This document shows, piece after piece, positions 31,174 to 40,631 of a stretch of 64,000 bases of DNA. Within the stretch, counting starts at the first letter, position 1, and each line of letters starts with the position of its first letter. The notes under the pieces were generated by a model. The model was not told the origin of the DNA and searched no databases. It worked only from the letters and a program-made list of their open reading frames with translations. The translations under genes and the position numbers were made by a program. The DNA comes from a virus, in IMG/VR virus record IMGVR_UViG_3300021963_000035, positions 64,001 to 128,000 of that record; one strand, given 5' to 3'.

Positions 31174-34100
31174 ATGGCAACATTAAATTCACCAGGCGTA
31201 GACGTAAGCGTAATTGACGAGAGTTTTTACACACCGGCTGAGCCAGGAACAGTTCCACTCATTGTAGTGGCTACCTCACAGAATAAGAAAAACGGTGCTG
31301 GCACAGGCACAGCATCGGGAACGACCAAAGCTAACGCAGGTAAAGCAATCAAAATTACTAGCCAAAGAGACCTTGTTGATCTCTACGGTGTACCGTTTTT
31401 TGAGAAGACAGTTAGCGGAACTCCAATTCACGGAAGTGAAAGAAATGAGTTCGGTTTATTAGCAGCATACAGCTTGTTAGGTGTATCAAACGCAGCATTT
31501 ATTGTAAGAGCTGACGTAGACCTAGCACAATTAGAAGGCACAACAACAGCCCCGGGAGCGAATCCAAGTAACGGCGACTGGTGGTTAGATACAAAGAATT
31601 CTTTATTTGGTGTGTTTGAATGGAACGGATCAGCTGCATCGACAGTTGGCGGTCAGAAATTTACAAACAAGATTCCTCGTGTTTTAACATCAGATGACGC
31701 TATCAATGTATCAAACGGAGTACCAAAAGATTCATTTGGCACTATCGGAGAATATGCAGTAGTTGTAGAAACTACAGATGCTTATTCTTCAACTAAAGAA
31801 CCGGGTAGAATCTATTACAAGAGAGACACAGCTACGCTAGGCGTATCTGGCGCTTGGGTATTATTAGGTTCAAACGATTGGTATCGTTCACATCCTACCG
31901 TTAAAGGTACTGTTCAATCTCCAACAATTACCGCAACCAACACATTCTATATCAATGGAACAATGATCACAGCCAGCGGCACAACTGCTACTTCGTTAGT
32001 TTCTGATATTAATACTGTTATGAATGCACAAGGTGTTTATGCAGTTCGTGTGAGTGATAGGATTTATCTATATCAAAATGCAGATATTGATTCAGCAGCA
32101 GTAGATTCATCAAAGAGCAATGCTATTGTTATCACAGCAGGCACAGGACCGATCTTAACTAATATCGGTATTCCAGCAGGAACATATTATGGACCAGAAT
32201 TACAAATGAGTCCACATTACACTGTTCCTGAGTTCAAGTCAGACGATACTACTCCGCGCCCAACAGGGTCTGTATGGGTTAAGACTACTGATGCAAATCT
32301 AGGAGCTAAGTGGAGCTTGAAGCGTTGGAACGGAACTACTCTGTTATGGGAATTAGTCGATGCTCCGTTGTATTCTAGCACACACTCTGCACTATATGGA
32401 TTAGATCGTACAGGTGGCGGAAAGAACATTGCACAAAATAAAGCATTTGTTCAGTACAACTATTCAGAAGATATTGGTTACGATTCTACTCCACAGACTG
32501 CAACATTCAGAATCTGGAGAAGAAAGTCAACAAGCTCTACAGTGATTACTTCTGAGCCAATTACAGCTTCTACATTTACCGCAGGTTCTAATAATTTTAA
32601 AATGAGAGAAAGTAAGTCAGGTGCATCTGTTCTTAGTTCTCCGGCTGTACAGAGCGGAGATAGCTCATTGGTAACTTTTAGTCCAACTGGTGCTGTAGCT
32701 GATGCTGACAGATTAGCAAGTGCTATTAATGCTAGAGGCTACACTAACGTTGAAGCTAGCGTTACTACTGACAATAGAGTTGTTATTACTCACAAACTAG
32801 GCGGCGACATTAGATTTACTGACGGATTAAACAGCCCGTTAGGTGCAATCTTTACAGCGTTTAATCTAAACACACTAGAAGGCACCGCAAATCTTTATGA
32901 TATGCCAGCGGGAGATGGTGGAACTTTCTTAGCTACTAATTGGATTCCATTAGCTGCAACAGATGTTAACTGGTCTGCTAAGTCTAGTGCTCCTAAGAAC
33001 GAACCAGATGATGGACAACTATGGTACAATCCTTCTTTCAGTGATGTAGATATCATGGTCCATAATGGAACATTCTGGAAGGGTTATAGAAACGTATATC
33101 CTAACACAAATCCAACCGGTCCAATTGTTGCTGCAACAGCACCAACAACACAAACTGATGGTACTGCATTAGTTGATAAAGATCTTTGGATTAGCACTGC
33201 TGATACAGAGAACTTCCCAACAATTTACAAGTACGACGATAATAACAAGAAGTGGGTGTTAGTTGATAAGACTGATAATACTTCAGAAGAAGGCGTACTG
33301 TTTGCTGATGCACGTTATGGTTCCGACGGTACTACAGGAAATACAGCAGCATCGATTGAAACATTGACACAAAATGATTTCTTAGATCCAGATGCTCCAG
33401 ATCCTGCTAACTATCCGAGAGGAATCCTGTTATACAATACAAGACGTAGCAGCGGCAATGTTAAGAAATATAGAAACAGCTATGTTGATACTACAGCATT
33501 GAATACTAGATACAATGGTACTAATGGTATTGCTAGTACAATCGGCGACGGCCAGTCAATGGCATTATATGCAACTGATCGTTGGGTAACTGCAAGCGGT
33601 AACCAGGATGACGGTTCCGGTACATTTGGCCGCAGAGCACAACGTCAAGTTGTAATCCAAGCGATGAAGAGTGTAGTAGACACTAGCCAAGAAATCCGTG
33701 ACGAAGAACGTCGTAACTTTAACTTAATTGCTTGCCCAGGTTATCCAGAGCTATTGAGCAACTTAGTTAACTTGAATATCGATCGTGGTATTACAGCGTT
33801 CGTTATTGGCGACTCACCGCTAAGATTAAAGAGCGATGCAACAACATTAACTAACTGGGGTACAAATGCCAACGGTGCATTAGATAACGGCGATACCGGA
33901 ATCGTAACATACGACGAATATACCGCAGTGTTCTATCCAAATGGATTTACAACTGACTTAGGCGGTGTTAACGCAGTTGTTCCGGCAAGTCACATGATGC
34001 TAAGAACTTTTGCATTGAGTGATCAGGTTAGCTATCCTTGGTTTGCACCAGCAGGTACAAGAAGGGGTGCTATAACAAACGCAACAGCGGTAGGTTATAT

Positions 34101-34563
34101 TGATGCATCAACAAACGAGTTCCAGCAAGTGGCATTGAATGAAGGTCAAAGAGATACTTTGTATAACATCAAAGTAAATCCGATCGCATTCTTTAACGGT
34201 GTTGGTCACGTAAACTACGGTCAGAAGACTCGTGCTAAAAACTCTAGTGCATTAGATCGTATTAATGTAGCACGTTTAGTTGTTTACTTAAGAAGTCAAC
34301 TTTCTAAACTAGCAAGACCGTTCGTGTTTGAACCAAACGATAAAATCACTAGAGACGAGATTAAACAAGCTTGCGATAGCCTGTTACTCGAACTAGTAGG
34401 TTTACGAGCAATTTATGACTTCTCTGTTGTATGTGATACAAGCAACAACACACCAGCAAGAATTGATCGTAACGAGTTGTATGTAGATATTGCGATTGAA
34501 CCAGTGAAGGCCATTGAGTTTATCTACATTCCACTACGTATTAAGAATACAGGGGAGATTTAA
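31174..34563 (+). CDS. Tail sheath protein, T4 gp18-like (1129 aa)
   Basis: SPGVDVSVIDES N-terminus; PWFAPAG.RRG, GQKT, LDRINVARL, FVFEPND..TR, CD.SNNT..RIDRNELYVDIAIEPVKAIEFIYI C-terminus. Late box at 31135-31140. Confidence 0.95.
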   Translation: MATLNSPGVDVSVIDESFYTPAEPGTVPLIVVATSQNKKNGAGTGTASGTTKANAGKAIKITSQRDLVDLYGVPFFEKTVSGTPIHGSERNEFGLLAAYSLLGVSNAAFIVRADVDLAQLEGTTTAPGANPSNGDWWLDTKNSLFGVFEWNGSAASTVGGQKFTNKIPRVLTSDDAINVSNGVPKDSFGTIGEYAVVVETTDAYSSTKEPGRIYYKRDTATLGVSGAWVLLGSNDWYRSHPTVKGTVQSPTITATNTFYINGTMITASGTTATSLVSDINTVMNAQGVYAVRVSDRIYLYQNADIDSAAVDSSKSNAIVITAGTGPILTNIGIPAGTYYGPELQMSPHYTVPEFKSDDTTPRPTGSVWVKTTDANLGAKWSLKRWNGTTLLWELVDAPLYSSTHSALYGLDRTGGGKNIAQNKAFVQYNYSEDIGYDSTPQTATFRIWRRKSTSSTVITSEPITASTFTAGSNNFKMRESKSGASVLSSPAVQSGDSSLVTFSPTGAVADADRLASAINARGYTNVEASVTTDNRVVITHKLGGDIRFTDGLNSPLGAIFTAFNLNTLEGTANLYDMPAGDGGTFLATNWIPLAATDVNWSAKSSAPKNEPDDGQLWYNPSFSDVDIMVHNGTFWKGYRNVYPNTNPTGPIVAATAPTTQTDGTALVDKDLWISTADTENFPTIYKYDDNNKKWVLVDKTDNTSEEGVLFADARYGSDGTTGNTAASIETLTQNDFLDPDAPDPANYPRGILLYNTRRSSGNVKKYRNSYVDTTALNTRYNGTNGIASTIGDGQSMALYATDRWVTASGNQDDGSGTFGRRAQRQVVIQAMKSVVDTSQEIRDEERRNFNLIACPGYPELLSNLVNLNIDRGITAFVIGDSPLRLKSDATTLTNWGTNANGALDNGDTGIVTYDEYTAVFYPNGFTTDLGGVNAVVPASHMMLRTFALSDQVSYPWFAPAGTRRGAITNATAVGYIDASTNEFQQVALNEGQRDTLYNIKVNPIAFFNGVGHVNYGQKTRAKNSSALDRINVARLVVYLRSQLSKLARPFVFEPNDKITRDEIKQACDSLLLELVGLRAIYDFSVVCDTSNNTPARIDRNELYVDIAIEPVKAIEFIYIPLRIKNTGEI

Positions 34564-34566
34564 TAA

Positions 34567-35220
34567 ATGGCAATTACCTCATTAAACAAATATACAGTAC
34601 CTTTAGCTAGTAACCAGTCTAGCACCACACAAGGTCTGTTAATGCCAAAACTAAAGTATCGCTTTAGAGTGATACTACAAGGTTTTGGTGCTAATGGTTC
34701 AATTTCAACAGAATTGACCAAGCAGGTATCAGATGTAACAAGACCAAAAGTGTCTTTTGAAGAGATCGAAGTTCCTGTGTACAACAGCAAGGTATTCCTT
34801 GCAGGTAAGTACACCTGGGAACAAATGACTCTAACACTACGCGATGATGCTAGCGGAAACGTGCAGCGTTTAGTCGGTGAACAGATTCAGAAACAATTCG
34901 ATTTCATGGAGCAAGCATCAGCACGTTCTGGTATTGACTATAAGTTCACTACTAAGATTGAAGTACTAGACGGCGGCAACGGTGCTAATCAACCAAGCAT
35001 TTTAGAAACTTATGAGTGCTACGGTTGTTTCATTCAAAATGCAGACTACGGCGACTTGAACTACGGTACTAATGAACCAGCTACAGTGGCTCTAACAATC
35101 CGCTTTGATAATGCTATCCAATACAAAGGTGGCTCAATTGATGGAATTGGTCGTTCTATTGGTGCAAGAGTTGCTGCTGCCGCAGGCGGTACCGGTGGTG
35201 GTGCTGCAACAGTCGGTTAA
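34567..35220 (+). CDS. Tail tube protein, T4 gp19-like
   Basis: Follows sheath; PKLKYRFRV, V.RP..SFEEI, AGK.TW, L.IRFDNA. Confidence 0.88.
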   Translation: MAITSLNKYTVPLASNQSSTTQGLLMPKLKYRFRVILQGFGANGSISTELTKQVSDVTRPKVSFEEIEVPVYNSKVFLAGKYTWEQMTLTLRDDASGNVQRLVGEQIQKQFDFMEQASARSGIDYKFTTKIEVLDGGNGANQPSILETYECYGCFIQNADYGDLNYGTNEPATVALTIRFDNAIQYKGGSIDGIGRSIGARVAAAAGGTGGGAATVG

Positions 35221-35236
35221 TAGTTTTATTACTATC

Positions 35237-35266
35237 AAAAAAGCCCAGATTAACCTGGGCTTTTTT
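35237..35266 (+). terminator. Rho-independent terminator
   Basis: AAAAAAGCCCAG-ATTAAC-CTGGGCTTTTTT. Confidence 0.9.
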
Positions 35267-35283
35267 ATTGGATAAATATTTGT

Positions 35284-36447
35284 ATGGCAGATAAATTCAC
35301 TCGTTTCCTCGGCGAAGTATTAGGCGGTGCTCTTGCTCCTAAGGGCAACATGGCCAATTGGCAACACGCCACACGATTGTTTGTTGATAACAATTATGCT
35401 TTCGCTCCTAGAACCAAGTTCATGTACTATGTGTACTTTGAATTGGATGCATCCGTAGCAGGAGCTACCCAGTTTAAAGCTAGACACGGAGACATGGTAG
35501 GCATGTTGGTCAAAAGTTTAGACTTACCTAAGTATACTTTTGAACATATAGTTAAGAATCAGTATAATAAAAAGAAAATTTGTTATAAAGATATTAAGTA
35601 CGATCCCGTGAACATAGCGTTTCACGATGATAATACTGGCGTAGTAAATGCTTTGTGGGCATTATACTATGGAACTTACGTAGCAGATAGACACTTAGAC
35701 AAGATAGCATTTGCAACTAATGAATTATATTCTTCCGGTAAGGGTTATGCATATGGATTTGATACTGGACGTTGGGGAGATTTTATTCGTTCAGTAACGT
35801 TATATACTATGAGTCGACAACGATATAATGGTTATACTTTAGTTAATCCTAAAATTTTGTCCTGGCAACACGGAACAATGGGCAGTAGCGAAACGGGAGT
35901 AGCGGAAAGCACTATGCAACTCGGTTACGAAGCAGTTCTATATTCATCTGGTGTAGTAAAACAAGGACTGCCGGATGGATTCGGTAATAACTACTACGAC
36001 AAAACACCTAGTCCTCTTACTATCGGTGGTGGAGGCACAGCCAGTATATTCGGTGAAGGTGGTACACTAGCAGGTGTTTCTACAGTATTTGGAAATATTT
36101 CTGATGGCACTGCATTTAACAGTTTTGGTGGATTTTTAAGTACAACAGTTGCGGCAATTAATACAGCAAAGAATTTCGAAGCTGCAAAAGCAAATTTTAA
36201 AAACGAAGCTCTTAACATCATAACTTCACCGGCGGCTATCGACGGAGCACTTAATGTGGTCAGCGGATTACCAGGCACATTATTTCCAAAAAATACTAAT
36301 GTTACTCCGGATGTAAATGGTGCAGCTATTCCTGCATATAAAGGTGCAGACGTGCCTACAAATGTATTTTCGAATCCTGACGCAGCAGCAGGTGGAGGCT
36401 TGCCTCAGAGAACATTCCCCTCAGCAGGAGGTGAAAATCAAGGATGA
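35284..36447 (+). CDS. Tube-fold baseplate / tube-initiator-like protein
   Basis: VKS.DLPKY.F.....NQYN......YDPV.I.FHDD and L.NP.I.SW.H...M.L.YE resemble tube / gp48 / gp54-like folds. Confidence 0.6.
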   Translation: MADKFTRFLGEVLGGALAPKGNMANWQHATRLFVDNNYAFAPRTKFMYYVYFELDASVAGATQFKARHGDMVGMLVKSLDLPKYTFEHIVKNQYNKKKICYKDIKYDPVNIAFHDDNTGVVNALWALYYGTYVADRHLDKIAFATNELYSSGKGYAYGFDTGRWGDFIRSVTLYTMSRQRYNGYTLVNPKILSWQHGTMGSSETGVAESTMQLGYEAVLYSSGVVKQGLPDGFGNNYYDKTPSPLTIGGGGTASIFGEGGTLAGVSTVFGNISDGTAFNSFGGFLSTTVAAINTAKNFEAAKANFKNEALNIITSPAAIDGALNVVSGLPGTLFPKNTNVTPDVNGAAIPAYKGADVPTNVFSNPDAAAGGGLPQRTFPSAGGENQG

Positions 36448-36812
36448 GAACCAACCTACCATCACCTACAGACTATGATAGTTCCACAGGTACTAAATTA
36501 TTTTTTGATAGTTATGGTCAAGCCCCGTTAGAGTTTGGAGCTAACGAAGTCAATTCAACAGTAGCATTTTTTCAAGAAAAAGGATTTGATGTCGATGCAG
36601 CATCAGTAACTGCGGCTGTTTTATTAAAACAGGCTAAGATCGACAACGTTCCTATTTTTCAAGTGCTAGATGGGATAAAAAATCTCGATCAAGTTAAGCT
36701 AAGTGCGCTAGTTACAGAAATTCTAAATAATAATAGATCTATCACTTCAACTCTAGGTTATAGAACCAAAGATGTTTCTAACGTACTGATAACCAGAAAT
36801 ATATTACCGTAA
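36444..36812 (+). CDS. Hypothetical protein
   Basis: 122-aa ORF, translationally coupled on both sides. Confidence 0.7.
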   Translation: MRTNLPSPTDYDSSTGTKLFFDSYGQAPLEFGANEVNSTVAFFQEKGFDVDAASVTAAVLLKQAKIDNVPIFQVLDGIKNLDQVKLSALVTEILNNNRSITSTLGYRTKDVSNVLITRNILP

Positions 36813-37252
36813 TGGGAAGATTTGCACAGGGGATCTTCGAAATGAAGAACCCAGACAAGTACATAGGAAAAAAGAAACCACTGGCTCGCAGCAGCTGGGA
36901 ATTTATCTTTATGAAAATGTTAGATGAACATCCTGGCGTAGAAAGTTGGGCCAGCGAAAGCATACAAATTCCTTATCGTGATCCATTGACTGGAAAATAC
37001 ACAATTTATGTTCCTGACTTTTTCGTTGTATACAACGACAAGAATGGCAAAAAACATGCCGAGGTCGTTGAGGTAAAACCAGAAAATCAAACCCTAAGAG
37101 AAAAGGTAGGCAAGCACCCTTACAATCAAGCACAGTACATAAAAAACTTAGCTAAATGGGAAGCTGCTGTATCTTGGTGTAAACAACAGGGAATACGATT
37201 TAGAGTAGTCAACGAAGGCGATATTTTTCATACAGGCTCAAAAAGACGATAA
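36812..37252 (+). CDS. Head-completion nuclease, T4 gp4-like (TnsA-N fold)
   Basis: NP.KY.G, RSSWE..FM, WASE.I.IPY, Y.PDF, EVKP..Q, N.AKW.AA..WC. Confidence 0.88.
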   Translation: MGRFAQGIFEMKNPDKYIGKKKPLARSSWEFIFMKMLDEHPGVESWASESIQIPYRDPLTGKYTIYVPDFFVVYNDKNGKKHAEVVEVKPENQTLREKVGKHPYNQAQYIKNLAKWEAAVSWCKQQGIRFRVVNEGDIFHTGSKRR

Positions 37253-37260
37253 GTAATGTT

Positions 37261-37728
37261 ATGACTAAAAAATTAGAAGATCTATTCAATTTAGCTGACA
37301 AAGAGGAAGTTCCTGAGGTTCCCGTAAAGGAACACGAGGACGTAAAAGATCTTGATAACAGCTACAAGCAAGTAGAAGAAATTACTAAAAGTCTGCCCGT
37401 TATCCCCGAGCTAGATAATTTAGATGAGAAAGAATTAGATGACTTATCTAAAAAAGCTGAGGACGCATACGATGATCTAATGGATCTAGGCATGAATGTT
37501 GAAGTGCGTTATGCTGGACGTATCTTTGAAGTAGCTGGCACAATGATGAAAAATGCTATTGATGCAAAAGCAGCAAAGATCGATAGAAAATTAAAAGCAG
37601 TTGATCTTCAACTTAAGAAGTATAAGATCGACAAAGAAAATACCGGAGAGGATGATGTGCTACAAGGGCAAGGATTTGTAATAACAGATCGAAATGAGCT
37701 CATTAAAAAACTCAGCGGAAAGGAATAA
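37261..37728 (+). CDS. Putative small terminase subunit
   Basis: Helical 155-aa protein upstream of the large terminase; RIFEVA..M and DRNEL.K.L resemble gp16-like proteins. Confidence 0.55.
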   Translation: MTKKLEDLFNLADKEEVPEVPVKEHEDVKDLDNSYKQVEEITKSLPVIPELDNLDEKELDDLSKKAEDAYDDLMDLGMNVEVRYAGRIFEVAGTMMKNAIDAKAAKIDRKLKAVDLQLKKYKIDKENTGEDDVLQGQGFVITDRNELIKKLSGKE

Positions 37729-37736
37729 ATATAGAT

Positions 37737-38309
37737 ATGAAAACATTTAAAGAATATCTAACAGAAAGCCAAAAAACCTGGTCTTTTAAGATCAAAGTTG
37801 CTGGCCCACTTCCAGAAAATTTTGAATCTACTGTCAAAGAGAGACTGGAAAAATTTGGTGTTGCTAAATTTGAAAAAGCAGCACAAACACCCATTCAAAA
37901 AAATGCTGTAGACTTTCCTCAATTATCAAATGTAGAAGTTACAGTATTTGAGGTAGAAACAAACTACCCAACTACACCTCCAGAAATACATACGATCGTA
38001 AAAGGATCTAATCTAATCAAAGAAGAATATGTGCTAGTTAGATACGCTACAGAAGAATTGGCAGCATTAGATGTTGAACCAACTTCAAAAGCACTATTAT
38101 CAGATTCTAACTACTCAGAACAAGAAAAGATCAAACACAAAGATTATTTCGGGGACGAGTATAACAACAGTTTCTTAAAAGATCTTAGCAAAGCTGCTAA
38201 GGCACGTAAAAAAGAACTAGGACAAGACAAGGGAAAACCAGACGTGTTAGGTTCTGCGCTCAAAAATAAACAAGACAAATCTGGCGCAAAAAGTGCCATA
38301 GGGAGTTAA
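37737..38309 (+). CDS. Putative head-internal protein
   Basis: N-terminus MKTFKEYLTE|S resembles the T4 internal-protein capsid-targeting sequence. Confidence 0.55.
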   Translation: MKTFKEYLTESQKTWSFKIKVAGPLPENFESTVKERLEKFGVAKFEKAAQTPIQKNAVDFPQLSNVEVTVFEVETNYPTTPPEIHTIVKGSNLIKEEYVLVRYATEELAALDVEPTSKALLSDSNYSEQEKIKHKDYFGDEYNNSFLKDLSKAAKARKKELGQDKGKPDVLGSALKNKQDKSGAKSAIGS

Positions 38310-38310
38310 A

Positions 38311-39018
38311 ATGGATTTTCATCAGTTGTTAGCAAGAATGAAAGAAATAAATCAACCGACTACAGAGTCTACGGTTGATGAGTGTGGGGAGCCAATGGGC
38401 ATGCCTGGACCATCTGCTCCAGAGACCCCTCCTCCTACAGTTAGTATTAACATGAATGCACAAGGTGTTGAAAATATTTCTAGCCTAATGCAGTTATTAA
38501 TGAAAGTTAATCCAGATCTAGGTCCAAAGGCAGGAGCAATGGCTAAGCCTGCAATGACTGATCCTGTTATTGCTATTGGTACTACAGACGACGAACAAGA
38601 TTTTAGTCTAGGTAAAGACATGGATAGTGACGACGACTTAGACGGAGAAATTGATCCAGAAGGCGCAGATCAAGATGGTGGGTATGGAAATGAACCAGAT
38701 GAAAAGTACGCCGATATTGATGACGTAACTAAAAATGCAGGTGGAGGAATGAATGGTCCTAAGAACCCAAAAGATCTTAGAATCAAAGATCCCTCACCGT
38801 ACGAAAACGAAGCATACGCTAATGAGCCAGATGAGGAATACGAAGATCATTTAAAAATGATCAAGCATTTAGCAGGTGGCATGAATAAAGAAAAAGAAAT
38901 GGTCAAACACGGTTATCAGCAAGGCGATAATCCTAAGTCCATGAAAGAGAGCGATGATCCTTTGGCACAAATTAAAAATGATCTATACGCTCGACTACAA
39001 GAATTTAAATCACGCTAA
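38311..39018 (+). CDS. Acidic, low-complexity putative head-internal/scaffold-like protein
   Basis: D/E/P/M-rich; duplicated Y.NEPDE.Y...GGMN motif; several x-x-E|S/A sites. Confidence 0.55.
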   Translation: MDFHQLLARMKEINQPTTESTVDECGEPMGMPGPSAPETPPPTVSINMNAQGVENISSLMQLLMKVNPDLGPKAGAMAKPAMTDPVIAIGTTDDEQDFSLGKDMDSDDDLDGEIDPEGADQDGGYGNEPDEKYADIDDVTKNAGGGMNGPKNPKDLRIKDPSPYENEAYANEPDEEYEDHLKMIKHLAGGMNKEKEMVKHGYQQGDNPKSMKESDDPLAQIKNDLYARLQEFKSR

Positions 39019-39033
39019 TTAAGGATTGACCCC

Positions 39034-40620
39034 ATGGGCAAAAGTCTCGACGGGGTCTTGATCAAAAAGGCCCATAAACCCCAACGTTATACAATAGAAG
39101 AAGTCCGACACTTGGAAAAGTGTATGGATCCTGTTGACGGTCCTTTGTATTTCTGCAGAAACTTTCTTAAGATACAACACCCGGTAAGAGGCGCAATTGA
39201 TTTTGTACCATATGATTATCAGGAAAGATTAATAGAAGCGTACCATAATAACAAACAATGCATTGCTATGTTGCCTCGTCAGATGGGTAAGACAACATGT
39301 GCCACAGGATATCTATTATGGTATACGATGTTTGTGCCAGAAGCACAGGTTTTGATCGCTGCTCACAAGTACGAAGGTGCGCAGGATATTATGAATCGTT
39401 ATCGGTATGGTTATGAAAACTTACCTGACTTTATTCGTGCTGGTGTGTATTCGTATAACAGAAACACTATTGAATATGATAACGGTGCTCGTATTCAGGC
39501 AACCACTACTACAGAAAACACAGGTCGTGGTAAATCTTTATCATTAATTTATTGTGATGAGTTTGCGTTTGTGCAACCTCCAGAGAAAGCCAAAGAATTT
39601 TGGACCGCCTTAAGTCCTACATTATCAACAGGCGGTAAATGTATAATAACTTCTACACCTAATTCAGATGAAGACCAGTTTGCTCTTATCTGGACTGAAG
39701 CTAACAAAAAGTTCGATGAATACGGCAACGAACAAAAACTAGGAACTAATGGTTTCTACAGTTACTTTGCACATTGGAGTGAGCATCCAGATAGAGATGA
39801 GGATTGGGCCAAAGTAGAAAGAGCAAAGATTGGTGAAGAACGGTTTCGCAGAGAATTTGATTGTGAATTTTTAATCTTTGATGAAACCCTAATCAACGCA
39901 GTACGTCTTGCAGAATTAAAAGGTAGTGATCCAGTATTAACAATGGGTCAAACAAGGTGGTATAAAGATATCGATCCGCGATGTACATACCTAGTAGCAT
40001 TAGATCCTAGCCTTGGAACAGGCGGAGACTACGGTGCTATCCAGGTATTTGAAATGCCTAGTATGACGCAAGTAGCGGAATGGCATCACAATCTTACTCC
40101 GGTGCAAGCACAAGTAAAACACCTACGAGAGATTTGTAAGTACATACACGATCGGGGTGAAGAGTTAGGCGCTGCACCTCAAATTTACTATTCGATTGAA
40201 AACAATACTCTAGGCGAAGCTGCTTTAGTTACTATTAGAGATATTGGTGAAGAAAATATACACGGACTGTTCCTTAGCGAACCTATACGTAAAGGTCATG
40301 TTCGTAAGTTCCGTAAAGGTTTTAACACAACACATAAAACAAAGATAACTGCTTGTTCAAAATTAAAACAATTATTAGAAATGCAACAGATGAAAATCAG
40401 CTCAAAGCCTTTGATTTCGGAATTAAAAACATTCGTAGCACACGGAGTAGGATTTGGAGCAAAAACGGGAGAACACGACGATCTCGTATCTGCTTCATTA
40501 TTAATTGTTAGAATGGCAAATGTGCTGGCAGATTGGGATCCAAAAATCTATGAAAAAATGACGGATAGATTAACCGAAGAGCAGTTGCCTATGCCAATTT
40601 TTATAAGTACAGGTTTTTAA
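39034..40620 (+). CDS. Terminase large subunit, T4 gp17-like
   Basis: YDYQ, PRQMGKTT (Walker A), IYCDEFAF (Walker B), ITSTPN, nuclease ALDPS.G.G.D and HDDLV. Confidence 0.96.
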   Translation: MGKSLDGVLIKKAHKPQRYTIEEVRHLEKCMDPVDGPLYFCRNFLKIQHPVRGAIDFVPYDYQERLIEAYHNNKQCIAMLPRQMGKTTCATGYLLWYTMFVPEAQVLIAAHKYEGAQDIMNRYRYGYENLPDFIRAGVYSYNRNTIEYDNGARIQATTTTENTGRGKSLSLIYCDEFAFVQPPEKAKEFWTALSPTLSTGGKCIITSTPNSDEDQFALIWTEANKKFDEYGNEQKLGTNGFYSYFAHWSEHPDRDEDWAKVERAKIGEERFRREFDCEFLIFDETLINAVRLAELKGSDPVLTMGQTRWYKDIDPRCTYLVALDPSLGTGGDYGAIQVFEMPSMTQVAEWHHNLTPVQAQVKHLREICKYIHDRGEELGAAPQIYYSIENNTLGEAALVTIRDIGEENIHGLFLSEPIRKGHVRKFRKGFNTTHKTKITACSKLKQLLEMQQMKISSKPLISELKTFVAHGVGFGAKTGEHDDLVSASLLIVRMANVLADWDPKIYEKMTDRLTEEQLPMPIFISTGF

Positions 40621-40631
40621 CTAAATATAAT

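Noticed and set aside
36812-37252. TnsA-like nuclease as evidence of a Tn7-like transposon
   Set aside because: Motifs and position (before the terminases) fit a T4 gp4-type head-completion nuclease; no tnsB/C or terminal repeats.
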